DNA of 64,000 nucleotides from Methanobrevibacter sp. (GTDB taxonomy: Archaea > Methanobacteriota > Methanobacteria > Methanobacteriales > Methanobacteriaceae), in assembly GCF_017539065.1 (NCBI RefSeq), contig NZ_JAFYHP010000009.1, forward strand, positions 79,949 to 143,948. Reading direction: 5' to 3'. Of this stretch, positions 18,951-28,690 are shown piece by piece. Each line of letters begins with the position of its first letter. Position 1 is the first letter of the stretch. The notes below the pieces were generated by a model, which was not told the origin of the DNA, did not search any database, and saw only the letters and a list, made by a program, of their open reading frames with translations. Position numbers and translations under genes: made by a program.

Positions 18951-19592
18951 TCACCATCTATTTAAAGTTTCAAGTTCTGCTTCAGCAACGGTTTCAACAT
19001 CAATCAGCTCTGATTCGTACCATTGTTTTTTGTATTTTGAAACAACAAATGCAACAGCACCTACAGATAAACCTGTAACGGTTGTATCGAAAGCTATTGT
19101 CAATGATTGCGCAAGTGTTGCGATATCTCCAGTTCCTAATGCGGCTAAACCAGGTCCCAATGGAATTAAAGTACCAAGTAAACCTAAAATAGGACCTACA
19201 CGTACAAGAATGTCTGTTTTATTAGTTTTTTTAATTAACCTTGTCTCTTCTGCAGATATTAACTCACTTGCCAATGCTTTCCTAGCTTCCGGACCGATAT
19301 CATAATTATCAGCAATTCTTGTCAATATCGCTTTTTGATAATCAAATAAATTACTGTTTGAAATTTCGTTTTTCATTTGATTTACATTACTTGAAAATGA
19401 AACTCTCCTCACTAAATCTTCTAACTCTTTTGATGTTATTGCTTTTCTTGAAATAAATTCATTGATTAAGCCACCAAATGCCAAAATAACAATAACTATT
19501 GAAATTACAATTAATATAACAACTGGGGTTAATAAACTTTCAGAAATTATATGAATTAATGAGGTTAATGTTTCAGTTCCCTGAATTATCAT
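18951..19592 (-). CDS. MotA/TolQ/ExbB proton-channel family protein
   Basis: 213 aa. The C-terminal region GPILGLLGTLIPLGPGLAALG ... SLTIAFDTTVTGLSVGAVAF matches the MotA_ExbB channel signature. A 4-nt overlap with the upstream gene. Confidence 0.75.
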   Translation of the reverse strand: MIIQGTETLTSLIHIISESLLTPVVILIVISIVIVILAFGGLINEFISRKAITSKELEDLVRRVSFSSNVNQMKNEISNSNLFDYQKAILTRIADNYDIGPEARKALASELISAEETRLIKKTNKTDILVRVGPILGLLGTLIPLGPGLAALGTGDIATLAQSLTIAFDTTVTGLSVGAVAFVVSKYKKQWYESELIDVETVAEAELETLNRW

Positions 19593-20239
19593 GAATTTCC
19601 TCCTTTAGTGTCATTTATAAGTACGCCCACAATTAAAACAGCAATAATTCCTATAACAACATAGATTAATTGATATGTTGGTGTCAAAATTAAAAATGAA
19701 CTAAACATAGTATAATCTAAGGTTATAGTTGAATAATATGTTAATGTGAAAATAAACATCAAAACTGCAAATAAAGACATGTATTCTCCAACAATAACCG
19801 GATATTCTCGTTTTGCATGACGTAGTAATCTTGTGAGTTGATAAACAACAAATAAAATAACAAAAACGAATAAAGAATATAATAGCATGGTTAAAATACT
19901 TAGATTTGCTTGAGAAGCAAATAAAACTATTGAAATTAAGAATGTGAGTATTATTGCATAAAACGGTAATTTGAAATCATATGTTTTTATGTAATATATC
20001 AATGAAACAAGTATTATTGCTGTAATTATAAGGAATATGTAGCTAAAATTAGATAATAAAAATTCTAATTGGGTATTTAAATAACTTGAAGCATATATTA
20101 ATAAAAATGATATAACGGAAAATATTGCAGAAATTATAATTAATTTAACATTATTTAGTTTATAATTTCCAAAAAATAATGCGATATTAGCACAGAACAA
20201 TACTAATAGAATTAATAAATATCCTCCAATCAAATCCAT
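19589..20239 (-). CDS. Polytopic membrane protein (DUF2162-like, tentative), first gene of the ExbB-like trio
   Basis: 216 aa, about 6-7 hydrophobic segments. Translationally coupled (ATGA) to the ExbB-like gene. Confidence 0.6.
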   Translation of the reverse strand: MDLIGGYLLILLVLFCANIALFFGNYKLNNVKLIIISAIFSVISFLLIYASSYLNTQLEFLLSNFSYIFLIITAIILVSLIYYIKTYDFKLPFYAIILTFLISIVLFASQANLSILTMLLYSLFVFVILFVVYQLTRLLRHAKREYPVIVGEYMSLFAVLMFIFTLTYYSTITLDYTMFSSFLILTPTYQLIYVVIGIIAVLIVGVLINDTKGGNS

Positions 20240-20323
20240 TTTCTAAACCCTATATTCTTTATCAGATTAATATATATCTACATGAATATATAAACATATC
20301 GAGATGAACTAATTTAAAGGATA

Positions 20324-20347
20324 TTTAATGGGAGTAAATCCATTAAA
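20324..20347 (-). promoter_or_regulatory. 8-bp inverted repeat upstream of the ExbB-like trio
   Basis: TTTAATGG (20324-20331), 8-nt spacer, CCATTAAA (20340-20347). About 85-105 nt upstream of the start at 20239. Confidence 0.3.
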
Positions 20348-20458
20348 ATAAGCATATTGTAGTTTAAAAATAAATAATAATAAAATGGAGTAAAAATGTT
20401 GATTGAATTAAAAAAAATAAAGGAATAAAAGAATAAAAAAACTTTCAAAATTGCTTAT

Positions 20459-21028
20459 TTATTCTTCGATTATTTCGTAGTAGGAGCCTTCTGCACATGA
20501 TTTGCAAACAGGTTTTCCTCCGATCAATTTGTGGCGACCATCTGATACCTTTTCACCACATACTGAACAAAATGCAGTTGTATATGGTTTTCCAGGCATG
20601 TCCCCTCTACCTAAGTCAATTCTAACTTTATCAACTTTAAATAATTCTTCAGGAGGAGTTCTTCTAAAACGAGCAATCATTTCTTCTTTGGTTTCTTCAT
20701 CCTTGAATTTTTTGTTCGCATCGGCATCGGTGATTCTTAAAGCTTCACCTGTGTCCTGGTTATAGAATGTTGCTGCAAATTTACCGTAATACATTTGTTT
20801 CAATGTTCTTTTACCCATAGAACAGCCAGTAACGGATTGAACTGCATCAGACATGCATCTATCAATTTCCAAAAATACAATTAAATTTTTATGTCTTTCA
20901 TTCAATGGCATTCCAAGCAATTCAAGACCATACATTGCAAGTTTTGTTCCAATAGCTATTCCTCCACAAACGTGGCCATGGAAATTAGCCGCTTTTGTTA
21001 ATTGTTCATCATAGTCTTTTTCATTCAT
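20459..21028 (-). CDS. FmdE-domain protein with C-terminal zinc ribbon
   Basis: ATG 21028 follows AAGGTGA. FHGHVCGG motif of the FmdE family. C-terminal CSVCGEKV ... CKSCAEG. Confidence 0.75.
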   Translation of the reverse strand: MNEKDYDEQLTKAANFHGHVCGGIAIGTKLAMYGLELLGMPLNERHKNLIVFLEIDRCMSDAVQSVTGCSMGKRTLKQMYYGKFAATFYNQDTGEALRITDADANKKFKDEETKEEMIARFRRTPPEELFKVDKVRIDLGRGDMPGKPYTTAFCSVCGEKVSDGRHKLIGGKPVCKSCAEGSYYEIIEE

Positions 21029-21039
21029 TCTTTTCACCT

Positions 21040-21843
21040 TTATAAATCTAATGTTAAGTTTGTTTTCATAGGTACACAAACTTTTCTCTCATCATCTAAT
21101 TTAATTAATTTTACATCAATCGAATAAGCTTTTCTTAAATTACTTTCAGTTACAACATCATCAGGAGTTCCAAAATCTATGAACTGTTTATTTTTCATAA
21201 TTGCCACTTTTGTTGAGCTTAAAAATGCATGATCAGGGAAATGTGATGACATTATAATTGACAAACCTGATTTGGCAAGATTATCAATGATTTCCAATAG
21301 TTTTATTTGATTCCCGAAGTCCAAATGGGATGTCGGTTCATCCAAAATTAGAATATCTGGCTTTTGACAAAGTACTCTTGCAAGGAATACTAATTGACGT
21401 TCCCCACCACTTAAATTTGTATATTCCTTGTCCTTTAAATCTTCAATGCCTAAAGTTTTCAAGGCATCTAAGGCGATTTCAACATCTTCTCCTCTTGGAG
21501 AATCTGTCAAGTTAAGGTAGGGTGCCCTTCCCATCAGGACAACATCAAAGACTTTAAATGGAAATGATGGAACATGTGCTTGAGGAATATAACCTATATG
21601 TTTTGAAATCTGTTTAAAAGACAACTTCTTAATGGATTTCCCATTAATTAAAATTTCACCGGAGTTAATTTCATGCAGACCATTAAGACATTTGATTAAT
21701 GTTGTTTTCCCGGTTCCGTTTGGTCCCAGAATACATAATACATCTCCTTTTTCAATGGAAAAGCTAATGTTTGAAAATATTTCCTCACCGTCATAGTCAA
21801 ATGAAATGTTTTTCACTTCAAATAGTTTATCCTCTACGACCAT
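21040..21843 (-). CDS. ABC importer ATPase (FepC/BtuD-like)
   Basis: Walker A GPNGTGKTT, signature LSGGERQLV, Walker B ILILDEPTSHLD. Confidence 0.9.
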   Translation of the reverse strand: MVVEDKLFEVKNISFDYDGEEIFSNISFSIEKGDVLCILGPNGTGKTTLIKCLNGLHEINSGEILINGKSIKKLSFKQISKHIGYIPQAHVPSFPFKVFDVVLMGRAPYLNLTDSPRGEDVEIALDALKTLGIEDLKDKEYTNLSGGERQLVFLARVLCQKPDILILDEPTSHLDFGNQIKLLEIIDNLAKSGLSIIMSSHFPDHAFLSSTKVAIMKNKQFIDFGTPDDVVTESNLRKAYSIDVKLIKLDDERKVCVPMKTNLTLDL

Positions 21844-22847
21844 TCTGAATAACCCCTCTTAAGTAAGTATAAGAAAATCGGAACGCCGATAATTGCTGTT
21901 AGAATTCCTATTGGGATTTCAATGGCAATCACAGCACGAGATATATTGTCTATTAGCAATAAAAAACTGGCTCCCAAGCTCAATGATGCTGGAAGCAATA
22001 TTCTATTGTCTGGTCCTACAAGCATACGGGCCATATGAGGAATTATTAAACCAATCCAACCGACAATTCCACTTATTGAAACTGCTGCTGAGGTTAATAA
22101 GGTACAGCCGGCAATAATCAGCAGTCTAATTCTTGAAGGATTCAATCCAAGGGATTGGGCCTCTTCATCACCCATAGCAAGCAAATTCATTTGCCATCTT
22201 AAAAGCAATAATATTACAAGTCCTATAATTACAGGTATTGCAATCATGAATAATTTATCTGCATTAATTGAAGCCAATGATCCCATTAACCAGTATACGA
22301 TTTCAGGCAGTTTGTCATCTGGATCTGCAATGAATTTGATGGCTGAAATCAATGAATTGAAAAATGCAGATATTGCCACTCCAGACAATACCAAAACAAG
22401 TATTCCGCCAGCCTTATATGTTCTGGATATTAGATATGTGGCGGATACAGACAGTAAACCGAAAAGAAATGCAAAAATTTGAGTTATTATGTTAGCTCCA
22501 CTAAGCAGAATGGCCAATGCCGCTCCAAAACCGGCACCATTTGACACGCCAAGCAAATCAGAAGATACCAAAGGGTTTTTAAATATTGATTGAAATGCAG
22601 CTCCGGAGATTGCAAGACATGCACCAACCACAATCGCACCAATGATTCTTGGAAGCCTTATTTCAAATACGATTGTTGTAATGGTGGAATTTACTTCTAA
22701 TTGTGGAAATATTGGGCACAATAAAGTATTCATTACATCAATTGGGCTTATTGGATACCTTCCAATTAAAAATGATGCGAAAAATAAAATTATTGGAAAA
22801 AAGATTAAAAGTATGATACTTATAATCTCTTTTGATTCATTATCCAT
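21834..22847 (-). CDS. ABC importer permease (FecCD/BtuC family)
   Basis: About 9-10 TM segments. Family-like stretches RLPRIIGAIVVGA and GWIGLIIPHMAR. ATG 22847 (alternative GTG 22856). Confidence 0.85.
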   Translation of the reverse strand: MDNESKEIISIILLIFFPIILFFASFLIGRYPISPIDVMNTLLCPIFPQLEVNSTITTIVFEIRLPRIIGAIVVGACLAISGAAFQSIFKNPLVSSDLLGVSNGAGFGAALAILLSGANIITQIFAFLFGLLSVSATYLISRTYKAGGILVLVLSGVAISAFFNSLISAIKFIADPDDKLPEIVYWLMGSLASINADKLFMIAIPVIIGLVILLLLRWQMNLLAMGDEEAQSLGLNPSRIRLLIIAGCTLLTSAAVSISGIVGWIGLIIPHMARMLVGPDNRILLPASLSLGASFLLLIDNISRAVIAIEIPIGILTAIIGVPIFLYLLKRGYSEWS

Positions 22848-22855
22848 GAATATCA

Positions 22856-23962
22856 CTATAGATTTGATTCTTTAAGTCCTGAATCCAATAGAATTTGTTT
22901 TGCCTGATCATCACTTAAATCAAAGTGATAGAAATTACTGTAAAACTCTTTGGTTGCATCTACCATATTGATGTCTTTGTAATCATCTGGATAGAGTACT
23001 TTAGCTGTCCATGGAACTCCTATAATCATATTTGCCCCAACTGGCCTATCAAACCATTTGAATGGAGATTGTGGAGATAAATAGACTTCTTTATTTTTAA
23101 CAGCATCCATTTTTGCCCAGTTAGGATTACTATAAACACTTGCGTAGAATTCTGGATCGTTTGTAATGATTTTATCAGGATTCCAACTAATAACTTGCTC
23201 TATTGAGACTTGAACACCACCAGTGGTGTTTCCTTGTGCTAATGAATCTGCAACATTCACTCCACCAACTAAATCAATTAATTGCCCATGTGTGGAGTGT
23301 GAAGGATTTGTTTGAAGTCCGTCATCGCCTTGAGCATAATAAACTGTTGTTTTATCACTATCAGATAATTTAGAAGACCTGTCATGCACAATGTCTAAAT
23401 ATTTATCGTTAAAATCGTTTAATTCTTTAGCTTTATCTTCAGCTCCAACGACTTCGCCCATAAATGTAATGGATTCCCCTATTTTTTCAACATTTGTTGT
23501 GTCTTTAACTGCAATCACAGGTATTGTACCGAATTTTTCTTGTCTCTCAGCAACAGTTGATGCATCACCATCACCGCCTTCATCAATAGATTCAATGACT
23601 ATATCTGGCTCTGAAGCTATAAATTCTTCATAACTTCCATCCTGTGTACCATACCATCCTCCAACAACAGGATAATTCTGATACTGGCCGGGAACATATT
23701 CTAATTCATCATCAGTCCACTGGAAGTTAACGGCTTTTAATTTATCCGGTGCTATCATATATAATACTGTAGTCATAGGAGGGCTTGTTGCCACTACGTT
23801 GCCAACAGAAGCAGGGATTTCAATGTCTCTGCCAATCATATCGGTTACATTTTTAGCGCCAACTGTTTCAACGGTAGATGGTGTTAGAAACATATGAGTG
23901 GCCAGTCCCGCTAAGACCAGAACAAATAATAATAAGATTATTACTTTTATTTTCTTTTCCAT
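22856..23962 (-). CDS. ABC importer substrate-binding protein (BtuF/FepB-like, class III)
   Basis: N-terminal membrane anchor MEKKIKVIILLLFVLVLAGLA. First gene of the binding protein-permease-ATPase operon. Family assignment rests on context and size. Confidence 0.65.
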   Translation of the reverse strand: MEKKIKVIILLLFVLVLAGLATHMFLTPSTVETVGAKNVTDMIGRDIEIPASVGNVVATSPPMTTVLYMIAPDKLKAVNFQWTDDELEYVPGQYQNYPVVGGWYGTQDGSYEEFIASEPDIVIESIDEGGDGDASTVAERQEKFGTIPVIAVKDTTNVEKIGESITFMGEVVGAEDKAKELNDFNDKYLDIVHDRSSKLSDSDKTTVYYAQGDDGLQTNPSHSTHGQLIDLVGGVNVADSLAQGNTTGGVQVSIEQVISWNPDKIITNDPEFYASVYSNPNWAKMDAVKNKEVYLSPQSPFKWFDRPVGANMIIGVPWTAKVLYPDDYKDINMVDATKEFYSNFYHFDLSDDQAKQILLDSGLKESNL

Positions 23963-24216
23963 TATTAAACCTCAAATTCAACATTTCGATAAGAATATAT
24001 TTTCATTAAGTTATTAAATAATTTTTCTAATATGTGATTATTCAAATAAATAATAATTTAATAAAATGTTAGAACAATTATTGATAATAAAAATGAATTT
24101 AGATAGATAAAAATTGGAATTTTAATCGAATATAATAAATAAATAAGAATTTGCGTTCTATAATATTTTACAATAATTTTTGAAAAAAAATAAAAGAATA
24201 AATATGTAAAACATAT

Positions 24217-27200
24217 TTATTGTGTTAAAGTTTCATTAGTTTGCAGTGTCTTATTCAATAAAACCTCAAAAGTCCTATATTCGTCTTTTAAGGAACCGAT
24301 TGAAATTTTAAGCATATTTGCATCACTACTGAAATCAGTAGCATTGAATGAGAAAACGCCCACACCATTTACAACATTGAATTTTAGCTCAATGTCATTC
24401 AATGTGGCATACATTTCAAACACTGGCAATTTGGAAGCCACTTCATCATATTTATAGAAAGTAATTGAATAAGTTCCAGGGGTTATGACTTCTATTTCCT
24501 TAACAGACAGATAAACGGCATTTACTCTAGGGCACATGGTTCCATAACCGGTAGTGTTTGTTTCATAATCCCAGGTTATTCTTGCATTCTTACCAAACCA
24601 GTTTGCACCCAATTGCAATCTTTTGGAATCATTGTACAGGCCATATTGATAAATTCCTTCAGGATTTGCACTTAACTCACCCAAAATCATCATACTAGGG
24701 CCTTTTGCATTTCTATAAATTGCATTATCATTGACATTTGGTTCAACCGCATTTTCTGCCAAATCATAACCTGCATTAAATCTAATGCCTTCAAGTGCAT
24801 TATCAGATATCCAATTGCTTAAGATGACAATGCCTGTTGAGAAATTTGAATCAACAGAAATTCCCATATAATTATCTAAGATTTTATTTTGAGTTATTGA
24901 AACGTTAACTGCTGATTTATTCAAGAAGATTCCATAACCTAATGGTCCTTCAGGAATGTCCATCACATATAATCCGATGTTTTTGGTAATCAAATTATTG
25001 GTTATATTGGTGTTTTTTACACCTGAATCATAATTGATTCCATAATTGCTTAAGGATAACGTATTGTTGTTTATTTCCAAATCATCAGTATTTTGAACAA
25101 ATATTGCATTTCCAAATGATTCAACAACGTTTTTAATAACTTTGATATTTTCTGCATTGGATATTTCAATACCGTTTCCAGGAATGATTAAGTTACCTGA
25201 ATTGTATTCACTGATTTTGGATTGATCAAGAACATTTAAAATGGTGTTATTCTCAAGTGTTACGTTGTTTGCATTTTTAATAATAATTCCTGAACCCTCA
25301 TGGGCATTAATTGCTAAATTAGAAATGTTCAAATTAGATGCGGCAATTGTTAAAACCGGACTTTTGGATTTGCCATTTAATGTAGTGTTTGGCATAAAAG
25401 TAATGTTCAATGCTTTATCTATGGTCAAGCTGACATCATTATAATTATTTCCTAAAAATTCAACAGAGTTTTTAGCTTCATTAAATCTGGCTTGGATTTC
25501 ATCTCCAGGAATGCCGGCATCAATAAATGTAACCCCCGTTTTATTTAAAATTGTTATGACATTATTGGCCGCGGATGCTTTGTATTGATTTGTTTGAGCA
25601 TACTTGCTTATAATATCATAAGATCCAACGCTTAATGAGGAAACATCAACTTTAATTTGACCGTTCTTATCAGATTTTTGTGAATAGGACTGGTTATTTA
25701 AAGTATATGAAATTAACTGGTCAGCTAATGCTTTTCCGGAAGAATCTTCTAAAGTAATAGTGTATGATTCAGCAGAATTTTTAGAAAATGTCCTATCATA
25801 GCTAGTTAGTGTGGTTGGGGTTCTTGCAACTTTAATGGTTCCTGTTGCTTTAGCGTTTTTATAGATAGCTGATCCGGCATAGGTTACAGTTGCCTTATAT
25901 GTATTTTCAGTTGCAAATTTAGTTTGAATGCTAATTTGACCTTTGCTGTTAGTTGTTTTAGTGTAGGTAATACAGTTCAAATTAATTTTTAGAGTCTGTC
26001 CTGAGATAGCTTTACCGTCATTTGTTTTTAAAGTTACTGTATAATCCTTTGCAGTATTTGGAATAGTGTTCATATTTGGAGCAGTTATTTTAGTAACTGT
26101 TTTTTGAACAGTTATTTTTCCTGTTGCAGAAGATTTCTTATATGATTTGGTTTTCTTATAGTTTGCTTTGACTTTATATGATTTGAGCTTGGAAAATTTA
26201 ACTTTGATTGTAACCTGACCTTTACTGTTGGTCTTTTTAGTATATTTTTTACCATTTACTTTGACTGTAACTTTCTGTTTTTTAAGAACTTTACTGTTTT
26301 CATCTTTTAAGGTAATGCTATATTTTGTTTTGGTTTTAGGAGTAGTTGTAATCTTAGGAGCAACCAATTTGGTTTTTAATACTTTTTTAACATAAATCTT
26401 AGTAGTTTTCTTAGCTGCAGTATATTTATTGGTACCTTTATAATTCATTACAACTTTATAGGTTCCTTTTTTAAGTTTAAGTTTTAATTTAGCAATGCCT
26501 TTTGCATTTGTTGTTTTAGTATAAGTTTTTTTATTAACTTTAATAGTTACTTTTTGACCAGACAATGGTTTATTGGATGAATCTTTTAAAGTTAATTGAT
26601 AATAATCGGCTTTTTTAATAAACATTGCATAATTTGAAGCCACAATATTAGTTGATACTTTTTGAACTGTTATTTTTGCCTGTGCATTTGATGCAGAATA
26701 GTCAACATCGTCTCCAGCATAGTTTACTTTAACAGTATATGTGCCCACGTTCTGTCTGATTTTAATTGTAGCTTGGCCTTTAGCATCGGTAACCGCTTTG
26801 ACAGTTTTTGTACCAATGGTGAATGTGACTGGTTCATTCACGACAGGATTGTTATAAATGTCAGTCACTGTTGCAATGAAATTAACATTGGAATTTGGAT
26901 AAGTGTTTAAATTTGAAACTGCAATTTTGGCTGGGGTTATATTGCCGGGAATGTAATTATCATCAACGTTGAATTTTTTAACATTCTTGTTTTGATCACC
27001 GGTAATATATTCTGAAGTACCTGGTAAAACCACTGTTACAACGTTTCCACTTTCCTTAAAGTCTTCTGGATAGAATCTGGCTGTTGCTGTTCCATCAACC
27101 ATCATTACAGTCTTATAGACATCACCTTCCTGAGGGGCAACATAATTATTGTCTTTATTTAAATAAAATATCACTGGAACGGAACTCAATCCTTTTGCAA

Positions 27201-28503
27201 CTTCTCCATTCGGGTTGATGAGTGAAATTGTATAGATTCCCTTTTTTGATTGTTTTATTTCAGTTAATTGGAGTCTGTAATCTCCACTATACCAACGTGC
27301 ACCATATTCAAAATATAATATAGGACAATTGACATTTTCATTTATTACGAAAGTATAACCTAAGAATACACCGCCTTTGCCATCACGATTAATAGGTCTT
27401 ACGTTATTTCCAACCATATAATTGTTATTTAATACTTCTAATTTTTCACCGCCCTGCTTCCATATTCCTTGAGCGTTTTCACTATTGAAAACTTCTCCTC
27501 CATCAGTAAATGAGTTTTTATAAAAGAAATTGCCGATAATGTTGATTTGTTGGATTTGACAGTCCACATACACTCCATACATTGAATTTAATGCAATATA
27601 ATTGCTTAAAATATTGATGTTATTGGATGAAGTCAATTCAATTCCCTTTTCATTATTGGTAATGTTGTTGAAATTGACTGTTGGATTGTTTGAACTGCCT
27701 GCAAACAATACTCCCACTTCATTATTTAAAATATTATTGGAATTAATGATTGTTTTAGTAGAATCAACATCATTAATACCGTATTTGGAATCTTCAATAA
27801 TTGAATCCTTTACTGTTACTCCATTTGAATTCTTAATTTTAATCCCATTTACAGTTTCGGAAATGCTTACATTCTGTATTACTGTATTTCTTGCATTTTC
27901 CAGTCTTATGGCATCAGCAATATTATTGTTGGAAAAGGTACAGTTTCTTATAATGATATTCGAAGCGCCATCTATTAAGATATGGTAATCATCAGTACGT
28001 AACGGTGTGCTGCTGTCGAATACGAAATTAAATCCTTCAATAATTGTTCCACTGGCTCCTGAAGTGAGGTAAAATTCTCCTCTATGATTAGAAAATGCAG
28101 TGCTTGAGCAGGCACTTAAATTTGTTCCGACTTCACTTTTTATTGTTACCTTCTTATCAATTTGCAAATGGCAATGTTCATATGATTCCCCTCTAATAAT
28201 GATGGTATCTCCGTCGTTTGCAGATTGAATTGCAGTTCTTATAGTGTGATCATTCATCTCCACATGAGTCTCACCATAATTATCAACTACAATAGTTTTA
28301 GGCTCAGATAAAATAGCATCATTAGATGCGCCTAATTGATTATCATTTAAATTATATTCTTCATTAGCATTTAATTCACCGATTGGCGAATCTACAGTTA
28401 AATTATTATCATCAAAATTGTCTTCACTTGCTGCAACTGAACTGATGCATAAAAACGTAACCAATAATAAAGACAACATTATATAAATGTTTTTGTTTTT
28501 CAT
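24217..28503 (-). CDS. Adhesin-like protein (ALP2), 1428 aa: two parallel beta-helix regions flanking five Ig-like modules
   Basis: Signal peptide MKNKNIYIMLSLLLVTFLCISSVAA. NosD/PbH1-like repeats (N..I.NN..GI) at both ends. Five ~92-aa modules at nt ~25550-26930 with the core V.VNGK.YTKKTNSKGQ. Confidence 0.9.
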   Translation of the reverse strand: MKNKNIYIMLSLLLVTFLCISSVAASEDNFDDNNLTVDSPIGELNANEEYNLNDNQLGASNDAILSEPKTIVVDNYGETHVEMNDHTIRTAIQSANDGDTIIIRGESYEHCHLQIDKKVTIKSEVGTNLSACSSTAFSNHRGEFYLTSGASGTIIEGFNFVFDSSTPLRTDDYHILIDGASNIIIRNCTFSNNNIADAIRLENARNTVIQNVSISETVNGIKIKNSNGVTVKDSIIEDSKYGINDVDSTKTIINSNNILNNEVGVLFAGSSNNPTVNFNNITNNEKGIELTSSNNINILSNYIALNSMYGVYVDCQIQQINIIGNFFYKNSFTDGGEVFNSENAQGIWKQGGEKLEVLNNNYMVGNNVRPINRDGKGGVFLGYTFVINENVNCPILYFEYGARWYSGDYRLQLTEIKQSKKGIYTISLINPNGEVAKGLSSVPVIFYLNKDNNYVAPQEGDVYKTVMMVDGTATARFYPEDFKESGNVVTVVLPGTSEYITGDQNKNVKKFNVDDNYIPGNITPAKIAVSNLNTYPNSNVNFIATVTDIYNNPVVNEPVTFTIGTKTVKAVTDAKGQATIKIRQNVGTYTVKVNYAGDDVDYSASNAQAKITVQKVSTNIVASNYAMFIKKADYYQLTLKDSSNKPLSGQKVTIKVNKKTYTKTTNAKGIAKLKLKLKKGTYKVVMNYKGTNKYTAAKKTTKIYVKKVLKTKLVAPKITTTPKTKTKYSITLKDENSKVLKKQKVTVKVNGKKYTKKTNSKGQVTIKVKFSKLKSYKVKANYKKTKSYKKSSATGKITVQKTVTKITAPNMNTIPNTAKDYTVTLKTNDGKAISGQTLKINLNCITYTKTTNSKGQISIQTKFATENTYKATVTYAGSAIYKNAKATGTIKVARTPTTLTSYDRTFSKNSAESYTITLEDSSGKALADQLISYTLNNQSYSQKSDKNGQIKVDVSSLSVGSYDIISKYAQTNQYKASAANNVITILNKTGVTFIDAGIPGDEIQARFNEAKNSVEFLGNNYNDVSLTIDKALNITFMPNTTLNGKSKSPVLTIAASNLNISNLAINAHEGSGIIIKNANNVTLENNTILNVLDQSKISEYNSGNLIIPGNGIEISNAENIKVIKNVVESFGNAIFVQNTDDLEINNNTLSLSNYGINYDSGVKNTNITNNLITKNIGLYVMDIPEGPLGYGIFLNKSAVNVSITQNKILDNYMGISVDSNFSTGIVILSNWISDNALEGIRFNAGYDLAENAVEPNVNDNAIYRNAKGPSMMILGELSANPEGIYQYGLYNDSKRLQLGANWFGKNARITWDYETNTTGYGTMCPRVNAVYLSVKEIEVITPGTYSITFYKYDEVASKLPVFEMYATLNDIELKFNVVNGVGVFSFNATDFSSDANMLKISIGSLKDEYRTFEVLLNKTLQTNETLTQ

Positions 28504-28690
28504 GTTTTCCCCACATAATTTTCATAATATAACAATTGACATAAAACATCAATATACTATAATTTACTATCGATATATATTAATATATTCCGATTTATTT
28601 CTAATTATAAATAAAATTTTTTAAAAATTTTGAAATGACATGAAGTAAAATACATATAGAAATAATACATAATATAATCTAATAGGGGGA

